DNA from: a virus | Taxonomy: Duplodnaviria; Heunggongvirae; Uroviricota; Caudoviricetes | Strand: one strand, 5' to 3' | Virus record (IMG/VR): IMGVR_UViG_2660238524_000004 | DNA length: 34,352 bases | Shown: one piece after another, positions 18,635 through 27,660 of the stretch | Position numbering within the stretch: the first letter of the stretch is position 1 | How the letters are laid out: each line of letters begins with the position of its first letter | The notes under the pieces: generated by a model | Seen by the model: only the letters and a program-made list of their open reading frames with translations | Database searches by the model: none | What the model was told of the DNA's origin: nothing | Made by a program: the position numbers and the translations under genes

Positions 18635-18978
18635 CAGCGCGTTATCTCGGAATGAATCACAGTGATGGCCTGACTGTCACTGACCTTGAGCATATCAGCC
18701 AGAGTATCGGCGATATCCTGCGCACACCGCTCGGCTCACGGGTGATGCGTCGTGATTACGGCTCGTTGCTGGCATCAATGATTGACCAGCCGCAGACCCC
18801 GGCGCTTGAGTTGCAGATTAAGGTCGCCTGTTACATGGCGGTGCTGAAATGGGAACCCCGCGTCACCCTGTCATCCGTCACCACGGCGCGCAGCTTTGAC
18901 GGGCGAATGACAGTTACGCTAACCGGCCAGCACAACGACACCGGCCAGCCACTTTCGTTAACCATCCCTGTGAGTTGA
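18631..18978 (+). CDS. W: Baseplate wedge protein, P2 gpW (115 aa)
   Basis: Length identical to P2 W; 4-nt overlap with V. Confidence 0.8.
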   Translation: MTARYLGMNHSDGLTVTDLEHISQSIGDILRTPLGSRVMRRDYGSLLASMIDQPQTPALELQIKVACYMAVLKWEPRVTLSSVTTARSFDGRMTVTLTGQHNDTGQPLSLTIPVS

Positions 18979-18982
18979 AACC

Positions 18983-19891
18983 ATGCCGATTATCGACCTG
19001 AACCAGCTACCCGCACCGGATGTGGTCGAGGAGCTGGACTTTGAAACCATTCTTGCCGAACGCAAGGCGACACTGATTTCCCTTTACCCGGAAGACCAGC
19101 AGGAGGCGGTCGCCCGTACCCTGACGCTGGAATCTGAGCCTCTCGTCAAACTGCTGGAGGAAAATGCTTATCGTGAGCTTATCTGGCGTCAGCGTGTGAA
19201 TGAGGCCGCACGGGCGGTGATGCTGGCCTGTGCCGCCGGTAATGACCTTGATGTGATTGGTGCCAATTACAACACCACGCGCCTGATTATCACCCCGGCA
19301 GATGATTCGACTATCCCGCCGACACCGGCAGTGATGGAGTCTGACACCGATTATCGTCTGCGTATTCAGCAGGCGTTTGAGGGCTTAAGCGTCGCCGGGT
19401 CGGTGGGTGCCTATCAGTATCATGGCCGCAGTGCCGACGGGCGTGTCGCGGATATCTCTGTCACCAGTCCGTCTCCGGCCTGCGTCACCATCTCTGTGCT
19501 GTCACGTGAAAATAACGGTGTCGCATCCGAAGACCTGCTGGCGGTGGTGCGTAACGCTCTTAATGGCGAGGACGTCAGGCCGGTGGCCGACCGCGTGACC
19601 GTGCAGTCTGCCGCCATCGTTGAATACCAGATAAACGCCACGCTTTACCTTTACCCTGGTCCCGAAAGCGAACCCATTCGCGCTGCTGCTGTGAAAAAAC
19701 TGGAAGCGTATATCACGACACAGCACCGGCTGGGGCGTGACATCCGTCTGTCTGCCATTTATGCCGCTTTGCATGTGGAAGGCGTGCAGCGTGTCGAACT
19801 GGCTGCACCGCTGGCCGACATCGTGCTCAACAATACGCAGGCGTCTTTCTGTACCGAATACCGCGTCGTGACCGGAGGCTCGGATGAGTGA
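18983..19891 (+). CDS. J: Baseplate protein, P2 gpJ (302 aa)
   Basis: Length identical to P2 J. Confidence 0.85.
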   Translation: MPIIDLNQLPAPDVVEELDFETILAERKATLISLYPEDQQEAVARTLTLESEPLVKLLEENAYRELIWRQRVNEAARAVMLACAAGNDLDVIGANYNTTRLIITPADDSTIPPTPAVMESDTDYRLRIQQAFEGLSVAGSVGAYQYHGRSADGRVADISVTSPSPACVTISVLSRENNGVASEDLLAVVRNALNGEDVRPVADRVTVQSAAIVEYQINATLYLYPGPESEPIRAAAVKKLEAYITTQHRLGRDIRLSAIYAALHVEGVQRVELAAPLADIVLNNTQASFCTEYRVVTGGSDE

Positions 19892-20414
19892 TTCGCGACT
19901 GCTGCCGACCGGCTCATCACCACTTGAGGTCGCCGCTGCAAAAGCCTGTGCGGAAATTGAAAAAACGCCGGTCAGTATTCGTGAGCTGTGGAACCCGGAT
20001 ACCTGTCCGGCAAATCTGCTGCCGTGGCTGGCGTGGGCGTTTTCGGTCGACAGGTGGGATGAAAAGTGGCCGGAAGCAACAAAACGCGCCGTTATCCGCG
20101 ATGCCTATTTCATCCACTGTCATAAAGGCACTATCGGCGCAATCCGGCGTGTGGTGGAGCCGCTCGGCTATCTCATTAACGTAAAGGAATGGTGGGAGAC
20201 AAACGACCCGGCCGGAACCTTTCGCCTTGATATCGGTGTGCTGGAAAGCGGCATCACAGAGGAGATGTATCTGGAAATGGAACGGCTGATTGCCGATGCC
20301 AAACCCGCAAGTCGCCACCTTATCGGTCTGAACATTATCCAGGACATTCCCGGCTATCTGTATACAGGCGGTGTGGTCTGTGATGGTGATGTTATTACTG
20401 TTTATCCCGGATAA
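19884..20414 (+). CDS. I: Baseplate protein, P2 gpI (176 aa)
   Basis: Length identical to P2 I; overlaps J stop. Confidence 0.8.
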   Translation: MSDSRLLPTGSSPLEVAAAKACAEIEKTPVSIRELWNPDTCPANLLPWLAWAFSVDRWDEKWPEATKRAVIRDAYFIHCHKGTIGAIRRVVEPLGYLINVKEWWETNDPAGTFRLDIGVLESGITEEMYLEMERLIADAKPASRHLIGLNIIQDIPGYLYTGGVVCDGDVITVYPG

Positions 20415-20424
20415 GTGAGAAACA

Positions 20425-23049
20425 ATGAGCACGAAATTTAAAACCGTTATCACTACTGCCGGAGCCGCGAAGCTGGCAGCCGCCACTGTTCCCGGCGGGA
20501 AAAAAGTAAACCTGTCTGCAATGGCTGTGGGGGACGGTAATGGCCAATTGCCGGTGCCGGATGCCGGTCAGACGAAACTGGTGCATGAAGTCTGGCGTCA
20601 CGCTCTGAATAAAGTCAGCGTGGATAATAAGAATAAAAACTATATCGTGGCTGAACTGGTTGTTCCGCCCGAAGTGGGCGGCTTCTGGATGCGTGAGCTT
20701 GGTCTGTATGATGATGCCGGAACACTGATTGCGGTATCCAACATGGCAGAAAGCTATAAGCCAGAACTGGCTGAAGGCTCCGGACGTGCGCAGACCTGCC
20801 GCATGGTTATTATTCTCAGCAACGTGGCGTCCGTTGAGCTGAGTATTGATGCCAGCACAGTGATGGCGACGCAGGATTACGTCGATGACAAAATCGCAGA
20901 GCATGAGCAGTCCCGCCGCCATCCTGACGCCACGCTGACAGAAAAAGGTTTTACTCAGTTAAGCAGTGCAACAAACAGCACCAGTGAAAAGCTGGCGGCA
21001 ACGCCAAAGGCAGTAAAAGCAGCCTATGACAATGCTGAGAAACGTCTGCAGAAAGACCAGAACGGTGGCGATATTCCAGATAAGGGCGCTTTTCTGGACA
21101 ATGTTGGCGTTACCAGCCTGACGTTTATGAAACACAATGGAATGATTCCAACCACTGACAATCTTGACTCCTATGGCCCAGAAGAAAAATATCTTGGAAC
21201 GTGGTCATGCCCGTCACAATCCACTGCAAAACCAGAGTCTGGTTACCCTGAAGATAAAGGCAATGGGGTTCTGGAAGTATTCAATGCTGGTCGCTTTCAC
21301 TGCACACAACGCTACACCACCCGAACCGGTAATATTTACATTCGGATGATTGATGCAGAATGGAACCCTGTCAGTCCTGTATGGAGTGCATGGAGAGTTA
21401 TTACAAGCGGGACTCGCCCATTAAGCACGTCAATTGACCTGAATTCTTTAGGTGGTGCGGAACACCTGGGAATATGGCGCAATAGCAGTACATCAATAGC
21501 CTCATTTGACCGTCATTTCCCGGAGGAAGGGAGTTTTGGGCAGGGTATTCTGGAAGTCTTTGAAGGAGGTCTGTATGGGAGGATGCAACGTTACACCACC
21601 CGTAGTGGGACTATGTACATTCGCGGACTGACTGCCTCATGGGATGCAGAAAATCCACAATGGGAGGACTGGATTGCTGTTGGGTATCAGTCCACGGGAT
21701 GGACTTATTCAGGGGATCTTGATGACCTTTTAAAGCCTGGTATTTATAGCGTTACGAAACAGGCCACAAATGCACCTGTCACCGACTCTAAAGATCTTGC
21801 TGTTGGCTCAATAGTTGAAGTGAAAAAACGTTGTGATATTGAATCGTATATCCAGACATACACGACTGTTTCAGCAACGGATGCCTATAAAAACCGGACA
21901 TTTCAGCGAACCCGCGCCAGCGGTGAAACTGACTGGGGGGAATGGGCGGAAGTATACAACTCAAAATCATTACTCACTAAATTAGGTGTCGGCGGTGTTA
22001 CCGACAGGTTATCCAGTCTGGACTGGCAGACCTACGACTTTATACCGGGCAGCATGATAACTGTCAGGCTTTCAGATATGACCAATATTCCCGATGGGAT
22101 GGAATGGGGCGTCATTGATACTAACCTGATAAATATCACTGTTGGCCCCAGTGAAGGCGGAGGTGTCGCCCGTTCAATGCAGGTATGGCGCAGCACTTCA
22201 AACAAAACCAACTATCGTTTTTTTACAGTCCGCTTATATGGCAATCCTGGGGAGCGTAGCTTCAATATTCGTCGGCTACCAATTATCGACGAAGCCCAGA
22301 CATGGGAGGCAAAACAGACATTCAGTGCAGGCCTTTCTGGTGAACTGTCCGGCAATGCGGCTACAGCAACAAAGCTGAAAACGGCAAGGACAATTAACGG
22401 CGTAAAATTTGACGGCTCGGCAAATATTGAAGCGTTTCCGCCTGGTGTTCCGCTGCCGTGGCCATCAGATACACCACCTGCAGGATATGCAATCATGCAG
22501 GGGCAGACGTTTGATAAGACTGCATATCCGAAACTGGCTATTGCCTATCCTTCTGGTGTTATTCCAGATATGCGCGGCTGGACAATCAAGGGCAAACCCG
22601 CCAGTGGGCGTGCCGTATTGTCACAGGAACAGGACGGGATTAAATCGCATACTCACAGTGCCAGTGCGTCAAATACGGATTTGGGAACGAAAACAACCAG
22701 TTCGTTTGATTACGGGACGAAGACAGTCAGTACGTTTAACTACGGAACAAAAACCACTAATACCACTGGTAACCATACACATACCATTTACAGAGGGAAT
22801 GCCAATACTAATGGTGAAACCGGTAAAACAGGCTTTGACAACCCATCGTTTAATGGCACATCAGGAGCTGCCGGGAATCATGCCCACACGGTAGATATTG
22901 GCGCACATAATCATACGGTTGGTATTGGTGCACATTCACACACGGTTGCTATTGGCTCACACGGGCACTCTATTACCGTTAATGCTACAGGTAATACAGA
23001 AAACACCGTCAAAAACATCGCATTCAACTATATTGTGAGGCTTGCATAA
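20425..23049 (+). CDS. H: Tail fibre protein H (874 aa), mosaic: P2 H-like N-terminal anchor plus lambda Stf-like C-terminal receptor-binding region with HxH repeats
   Basis: First about 200 aa match my recollection of P2 H ([19 protein letters not shown]...); C-terminus ends ...[14 protein letters not shown] as in lambda Stf; His-rich GxHxH repeats ([33 protein letters not shown]). Confidence 0.85.
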   Translation: MSTKFKTVITTAGAAKLAAATVPGGKKVNLSAMAVGDGNGQLPVPDAGQTKLVHEVWRHALNKVSVDNKNKNYIVAELVVPPEVGGFWMRELGLYDDAGTLIAVSNMAESYKPELAEGSGRAQTCRMVIILSNVASVELSIDASTVMATQDYVDDKIAEHEQSRRHPDATLTEKGFTQLSSATNSTSEKLAATPKAVKAAYDNAEKRLQKDQNGGDIPDKGAFLDNVGVTSLTFMKHNGMIPTTDNLDSYGPEEKYLGTWSCPSQSTAKPESGYPEDKGNGVLEVFNAGRFHCTQRYTTRTGNIYIRMIDAEWNPVSPVWSAWRVITSGTRPLSTSIDLNSLGGAEHLGIWRNSSTSIASFDRHFPEEGSFGQGILEVFEGGLYGRMQRYTTRSGTMYIRGLTASWDAENPQWEDWIAVGYQSTGWTYSGDLDDLLKPGIYSVTKQATNAPVTDSKDLAVGSIVEVKKRCDIESYIQTYTTVSATDAYKNRTFQRTRASGETDWGEWAEVYNSKSLLTKLGVGGVTDRLSSLDWQTYDFIPGSMITVRLSDMTNIPDGMEWGVIDTNLINITVGPSEGGGVARSMQVWRSTSNKTNYRFFTVRLYGNPGERSFNIRRLPIIDEAQTWEAKQTFSAGLSGELSGNAATATKLKTARTINGVKFDGSANIEAFPPGVPLPWPSDTPPAGYAIMQGQTFDKTAYPKLAIAYPSGVIPDMRGWTIKGKPASGRAVLSQEQDGIKSHTHSASASNTDLGTKTTSSFDYGTKTVSTFNYGTKTTNTTGNHTHTIYRGNANTNGETGKTGFDNPSFNGTSGAAGNHAHTVDIGAHNHTVGIGAHSHTVAIGSHGHSITVNATGNTENTVKNIAFNYIVRLA

Positions 23050-23417
23050 TGGCTTTCAGAATGAGTGCAGAAGCACAAACTATCCGCGTTTTCAATTTAC
23101 TTGATGGAACCAATGAATTTATTGGCGAAAGTGATGCATATATTCCACCGTATACTGGCCTGCCTGCAAACAGTACAGATATTGCACCACCTGATATTCC
23201 TGCTGGTTATGCAGCCGTTTTCAATGCAGATGAAATGAAATGGGAGTTGATGGAAGATCATCGCGGAAAGACTGTCTACGAAACGAAAACGGGAGCAGCC
23301 ATTTATATTTCTGAACTTGGCGCATTACCTCCAGACGTGACAGCCATTTCCCCGGATGGGGATTATCAGAAATGGAACGGAAATGCGTGGGTGAATGATG
23401 AGTGCGTATTACCGTGA
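23049..23417 (+). pseudogene. tfa: Tail fibre assembly chaperone (lambda Tfa-like), N-terminal fragment truncated by IS insertion; last 15 nt, including the stop, come from the IS end
   Basis: N-terminus [51 protein letters not shown] closely resembles lambda Tfa; native reading frame ends at 23402 where the IS begins. Confidence 0.8.
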
Positions 23418-23487
23418 AGGAGATCGGTGAGTAACATCGATGGAGATCGGTTCGTGTCACTTTCACAGAACCGTTTTTAAATTACCT

Positions 23488-24237
23488 TCACTGATCTCCT
23501 TCGGTCAACGGAGATTGTATTTTCCGCATTGATTCTCCTTTAAGTTCGATCTTGATACTGCCATGAACCAGTCGATCTAGGATGGCATCCGCATGTGTGG
23601 AGTCTCCGATCATTTTGTACCAGTTTTCCACCGGCAACTGGCTCACTACGATGATTGAGCCTCGTTGGTACATCAGATCCACTATTTCCAGCAGGTCGCT
23701 ACGCTGTTCTGATGAGAGAGGTTCCAGCCCCCAGTCATCCAGAAGCAGCAGATCGCTATTATTCAGCCTGGTCAAAAGTTTGCTGTATCTTCCATCAGCA
23801 TGCCCCTGATAGCACTGTTCCATCAGCGCTTTAAGGCGATAATAGTAGACCTTGTATCCCTGTCGGCAGGCATTATGACCAAGTGCACATGCCAGGAACG
23901 TTTTACCGCTGCCGGTGGCCCCGGTCAGTAAAATATTTTGTTTCAGGGTTAACCAGTTTCCCTGACTGAGTGAACGGATGAGGGCCCTGTCCAGCCCTCT
24001 ATTGTTACGATAATCCAGCTTTGATAACTCAGCATTAAGTCTGAACCGTGCATGTTTGATCAGACGCTCTGCCTTCCTGTTTTCACGGCAGGTTAGTTCT
24101 TCTGCTGTCAGTAATGACAGGCGTTCTTCGAAGCCCAGCTCCTGGTATGTGCCCGGTTGAGCAAGTTGCTTTTTAAGCGCATCACGGAAGCCGGTGAGTT
24201 TAAGTGCGGTCAGTTGTTCGTAAAGATGATTCATCAT
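23488..24237 (-). CDS. istB: IS21-family helper ATPase IstB (249 aa)
   Basis: Walker A motif GATGSGKT and DnaA/DnaC-like AAA+ region; immediately downstream of istA. Confidence 0.9.
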   Translation of the reverse strand: MMNHLYEQLTALKLTGFRDALKKQLAQPGTYQELGFEERLSLLTAEELTCRENRKAERLIKHARFRLNAELSKLDYRNNRGLDRALIRSLSQGNWLTLKQNILLTGATGSGKTFLACALGHNACRQGYKVYYYRLKALMEQCYQGHADGRYSKLLTRLNNSDLLLLDDWGLEPLSSEQRSDLLEIVDLMYQRGSIIVVSQLPVENWYKMIGDSTHADAILDRLVHGSIKIELKGESMRKIQSPLTEGDQ

Positions 24238-24248
24238 TGGATCCCGTA

Positions 24249-25790
24249 TCAGTGGTAATACTCACTGCCGCGTACGTTTTCGTGTTCCATCGTGGATAAC
24301 AGATCTGGTTTTGGATCCTGAACAGGTTGTTTATCCAGACCTTTTTCCAGGATCGATTTAATACCTGACAGACGCCATACCTTTGTTTTCAGAGCTCTTG
24401 CACATGCTGCATTAAGTCTGGCTTTACTGTATTTTTTATGAAGGTTCAGGAGTCCAAGGCAGAAGCGATAGCTTTGTTCCGGATGTGGACGAGAGTTCAG
24501 TATATGAAGCACATAACTATGAGTTTCACTGCCTATGTGCCCCGCCCATTCCAGAAGACGCTCTGGCGTCCAGGTGGCATGCTGTCGATGAGCTTCAGGC
24601 ATGTGCTCGTTGCGGGTACTGTAGCCATAAGTACGCTTGCGCGGGTGCACAGCAACCTCCTGCCCCTGATTGAAGAGTCTTACCAGTTCTCCGGAGATCC
24701 ATGCTTCCAGTTGCTGGCCTAACAGCGAACATGGAACCGAGTAGTAATGTTTGTCGATTTCCACGTGGTAATCGGCATGAACTCTGACTTTCTTCACCAG
24801 GGTGTAACTGTAACTGGCTTCAGGAAGAGGCTTCAGTGCGGGTTTATCAAGCTGGATGAAGAGTTCTGCACGTGAATAACCCAACTTCTGCATTATTTTG
24901 TTATTCAGTCTTTCCAGCAACTCCCGAATGCGCTGATTAAGCGATGCAAGGCTGTAGAAGATCTCATGCCTGATTCGGGCCATGATCCAGCGTTCAACAA
25001 CCTGAACGCCAACTTCAGCTTTGGCTTTATCTTTCGGTTTACGTGGCCGCGCAGGCAAAACTGCGACATTATAATGCTCAAGCATCTGCTGGTAGGTAGG
25101 GTTAACGTCAGGATCATACTTACATGCCCTGGATGTGGCGCTTTTCAGATTGTCCGGAACAACAAGTTCAGGAACGCCACCCAACCACTGGAAGCAGCGA
25201 ACATGACTCATCACCCAGTCTTCAAGCTGCTGAGACCAGGTGGCCTCTGCCCATGTGTAACTTGATGCCCCGAGAACAGCTACGATGACCTGAGCAGTTC
25301 TTATTTCTCCGGTCTCAGGGTCGGTAACGCCAACGGTAGGTCCACAGTAATCAACGAAAAGTTTTTCGCCAGCTTTATGTACCTGACGCATTGATGGTGA
25401 AGTGGTTTTGAGCCATTCACGGTACATCCGGCAGTAATGGTTATAGCTGTAAAAACCGCCTGGATTACGCTCACAGTATTCTTCCCAGAGTAGCTGCAGC
25501 GTCACGCATTTATTACGCAGTTCCCGGTGTACTGTAGCCCAGTCAGGCAGAGAGTGCTTCTTCATCTTAACCTGGGTCTGAAGGAACGCATGTTTTAGTT
25601 TTGTATCATCCCATCCTGTAGGTAAGGGCCACTGCTTTATGCCAAGTTGAGCCGCCCGATTAGCATATCTGGATACAACGGAAGGGGAGATTGCAAGACT
25701 ACGACCAATTTGTCGATGGCTGAGTCCAACACCGTATTTAAGCCTAAGAATTTCTTTAAGTTTTCTCATAGAAATTGGAACTGTTGGCAT
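24249..25790 (-). CDS. istA: IS21-family transposase IstA (513 aa)
   Basis: N-terminal HTH, central DDE-type integrase core; followed by istB with a short spacer as in IS21-family elements. Confidence 0.9.
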   Translation of the reverse strand: MPTVPISMRKLKEILRLKYGVGLSHRQIGRSLAISPSVVSRYANRAAQLGIKQWPLPTGWDDTKLKHAFLQTQVKMKKHSLPDWATVHRELRNKCVTLQLLWEEYCERNPGGFYSYNHYCRMYREWLKTTSPSMRQVHKAGEKLFVDYCGPTVGVTDPETGEIRTAQVIVAVLGASSYTWAEATWSQQLEDWVMSHVRCFQWLGGVPELVVPDNLKSATSRACKYDPDVNPTYQQMLEHYNVAVLPARPRKPKDKAKAEVGVQVVERWIMARIRHEIFYSLASLNQRIRELLERLNNKIMQKLGYSRAELFIQLDKPALKPLPEASYSYTLVKKVRVHADYHVEIDKHYYSVPCSLLGQQLEAWISGELVRLFNQGQEVAVHPRKRTYGYSTRNEHMPEAHRQHATWTPERLLEWAGHIGSETHSYVLHILNSRPHPEQSYRFCLGLLNLHKKYSKARLNAACARALKTKVWRLSGIKSILEKGLDKQPVQDPKPDLLSTMEHENVRGSEYYH

Positions 25791-25983
25791 AGGTATCCTT
25801 TACCGGAATGGCAAAAGATACAGATCAACACACCTGTGAAGTTCCAATAACATTGATGGAGATCACTGAATAACAAAATGAGTCAAAAGTGATCTCCATC
25901 GATGTTATTCAGCGATCTGTTCAAATGTTATTACCCGATCTCGATGGAAGTTATTGAGTGATCTCCTTTCATGAAAATACGCA

Positions 25984-26213
25984 ATGAGAATGCAGAGCGT
26001 GATGCACTTGTCAGAGCGGCGGAGTCTCAGAAGAAAGAGCAGATTGCATATGCCGGTGAAATTATTGCCACGCTGCAGGATGCTGTCGATTTAGATATGG
26101 CTACCGAGGAAGAAAAGTTAAGTCTGACACACTGGAAAAAATACCGTGTGCTACTGAATCGCGTTCAGCCGGAAGATGCTCCGGATATAGAATGGCCGGA
26201 AATGCCGCGATAA
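25984..26213 (+). pseudogene. tfa: Tail fibre assembly chaperone (lambda Tfa-like), C-terminal fragment downstream of the IS
   Basis: Frame continuing from the target duplication encodes ...NAERDALVRAAESQKKEQIAYAGEIIATLQDAVDLDMATEEEKLSLTHWKKYRVLLNRVQPEDAPDIEWPEMPR, resembling the lambda Tfa C-terminus; joining 23049-23402 to 25989-26213 restores a 192-aa ORF. Confidence 0.8.
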
Positions 26214-26469
26214 ATTGTATTAGCTCGGATGTGAGTTTACACATCTATAGCACAGAGTAAAACCTAATCTGGCTGTCCGCTCTGTGCTAGGAGCGGACAT
26301 TACCAAGTAACATGCCTTAATCAAAAGGAAATGGTTAATATATGCCATCATTGTTTGAAAAATACGCAGTCATATATTGCTATGAACATTGTTGGTGCAT
26401 TAACTTGCTTAAGAAACTACAATTAAGCATCATAAAATACTCTTATGACTTTTAAGGCTCTACCGTATC

Positions 26470-26877
26470 ATGGCTAAGCGGATTCCTGGTGTTAGTAAAG
26501 AATGGTCTAACTATCTCCTTTGTTTATTATTACATATGTCTTTACCTCTCTTACCTTTGGGGTTCGAGACACTTGTGCGTTCCGATCACTTGCCATCAAT
26601 ACAAACATTAAACATTACAGCGGCGTTTTATGCGATCTCGATAGGGCTTTCTTCTAAGAACGTTGCTATGTTTGGTTTGGGTATATTCGTGAGCATTTGT
26701 TTCTCTGTTGTATTTGGGATTGTTTCTTCAAATCCTAATTCTGATCCTAATCTTAATTTTAATGATAACTTGTATTTTTATTCTCCAATTGCGTGTATTG
26801 TTGCTATATTTGTTATACATGCATGTGAACGATATAACAGGCATGTTGCTGATTGTACACCATTTTTTGAGTTTTAA
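26470..26877 (+). CDS. Cargo gene at the Z/fun-equivalent locus: small multi-pass membrane protein (up to 135 aa), unknown function
   Basis: AT-rich ORF with several hydrophobic segments (LLCLLLHMSLPLLPLGF, AAFYAISIGL, FGLGIFVSICFSVVFGIV, IACIVAIFVI); no clear RBS at the first ATG so the start is uncertain. Confidence 0.45.
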   Translation: MAKRIPGVSKEWSNYLLCLLLHMSLPLLPLGFETLVRSDHLPSIQTLNITAAFYAISIGLSSKNVAMFGLGIFVSICFSVVFGIVSSNPNSDPNLNFNDNLYFYSPIACIVAIFVIHACERYNRHVADCTPFFEF

Positions 26878-26886
26878 GGGGGTGCT

Positions 26887-27378
26887 ATGATTGATACAAT
26901 TATCCCAGTAATACTATCAATTCTCCCGGCAATACTATCTATATTTAGCTTAGTAGCTGTTTCTATAGGTGCATTAGTATCTATCAGGTCTGTTAAAAAA
27001 AGACGTGAAATAGAAGTTCAGCTTTTTAATGAGATAATAAATCAACAAATTAAACAAACTAAAAGCAACCGTAAAAAGGATCTTGAAAATAGTGTTAATG
27101 AAATAGAAAATGAACTCAAGAGAAGAGTTGATATTTTGAATAAAATGCAAAAAGATCTAGAAGCAGTTTCAGAGAACAAATACTATTTTGATAAAGCAAA
27201 ATATCTTCGAAATGTCAAGTATGGAGAGTATTTATTAGAGATAAATGAAGCTGTGAATAATATTGATAATAAAAACAAACACTTACTAAATAACGCTCTT
27301 AATCAAAGCTCTGAGATTGGAAAAGTAAGATATCTTGGAAGAATAACAAAGGAAGCACTGGAAAAAACAGTAGGCTGA
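26887..27378 (+). CDS. Cargo gene at the Z/fun-equivalent locus: single-TM protein with long K/E/N-rich coiled-coil-like domain (163 aa), unknown function
   Basis: RBS AAGGGGG 6 nt upstream of the ATG; N-terminal hydrophobic segment IIPVILSILPAILSIFSLVAVSIGALV then charged helical region; very AT-rich. Confidence 0.65.
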   Translation: MIDTIIPVILSILPAILSIFSLVAVSIGALVSIRSVKKRREIEVQLFNEIINQQIKQTKSNRKKDLENSVNEIENELKRRVDILNKMQKDLEAVSENKYYFDKAKYLRNVKYGEYLLEINEAVNNIDNKNKHLLNNALNQSSEIGKVRYLGRITKEALEKTVG

Positions 27379-27620
27379 TCATTTTTTCCGCTCGTAATAG
27401 ATAAACTCAAAGGTTCTTTTTGAGAGCCTTTGAGTTTCAATCTTACCAATATTACTCACCATTTCTTTAGCAGCAATTTGGGGACTATAACTTCTACTTC
27501 TTGCTGTGAGTTCAACCGATGGATACAACACATTGGCTAAAACGCCCTGTGGGTGATTCATAGTCTAGCGTTTGGACTCCGTAAATTCACAGTTGGAAAC
27601 TGAGCGAGTACAAATCAAGG

Positions 27621-27650
27621 CCGGCGGGCTGATTGCCCGCCTTTTCTTTA
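27621..27650 (+). terminator. Rho-independent terminator-like hairpin between cargo locus 2 and the FI late promoter
   Basis: GGCGGGC-tgatt-GCCCGCC stem-loop followed by TTTTCTTT. Confidence 0.5.
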
Positions 27651-27660
27651 CCGGTGGTTG

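Larger units (their letters stand above)
23403..25983 (-). mobile_element. IS21-family insertion sequence (2581 bp) carrying istA and istB, flanked by 5-bp target-site duplication ATGAG (23398-23402 and 25984-25988)
   Basis: Imperfect terminal inverted repeats beginning TGCGTATT.../...AATACGCA (5'-TG...CA-3'), about 48 bp alignable; internal repeats of the AACATCGATGGAGATC motif at both ends; two-gene istA-istB organisation; direct repeat ATGAG on both flanks. Confidence 0.85.

Noticed and set aside
22660-23000. Repetitive His-rich DNA at the 3' end of H, considered as a possible simple-sequence or CRISPR-like repeat
   Set aside because: The repeats are in-frame codon repeats encoding GxHxH units of a fibre tip, with no regular spacer-repeat architecture; no CRISPR array is present anywhere in the window.
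26708-26890. 60-aa plus-strand ORF with ILILILIL repeat
   Set aside because: Alternative-frame reading of the hexamer-periodic low-complexity DNA inside the 135-aa ORF; an artefact of the repeat.
27405-27450. Inverted repeat CTCAAAGG ... CCTTTGAG after the 163-aa cargo ORF, considered as a terminator
   Set aside because: The stem is interrupted by a 13-nt loop and is not followed by a convincing T-tract; the cleaner hairpin with a T-run at 27621-27650 is the better terminator candidate.
27379-27561. 60-aa minus-strand ORF between cargo gene 2 of the Z/fun locus and the terminator
   Set aside because: Short, no RBS, and it overlaps the hairpin and terminator region; more likely non-coding 3' region.
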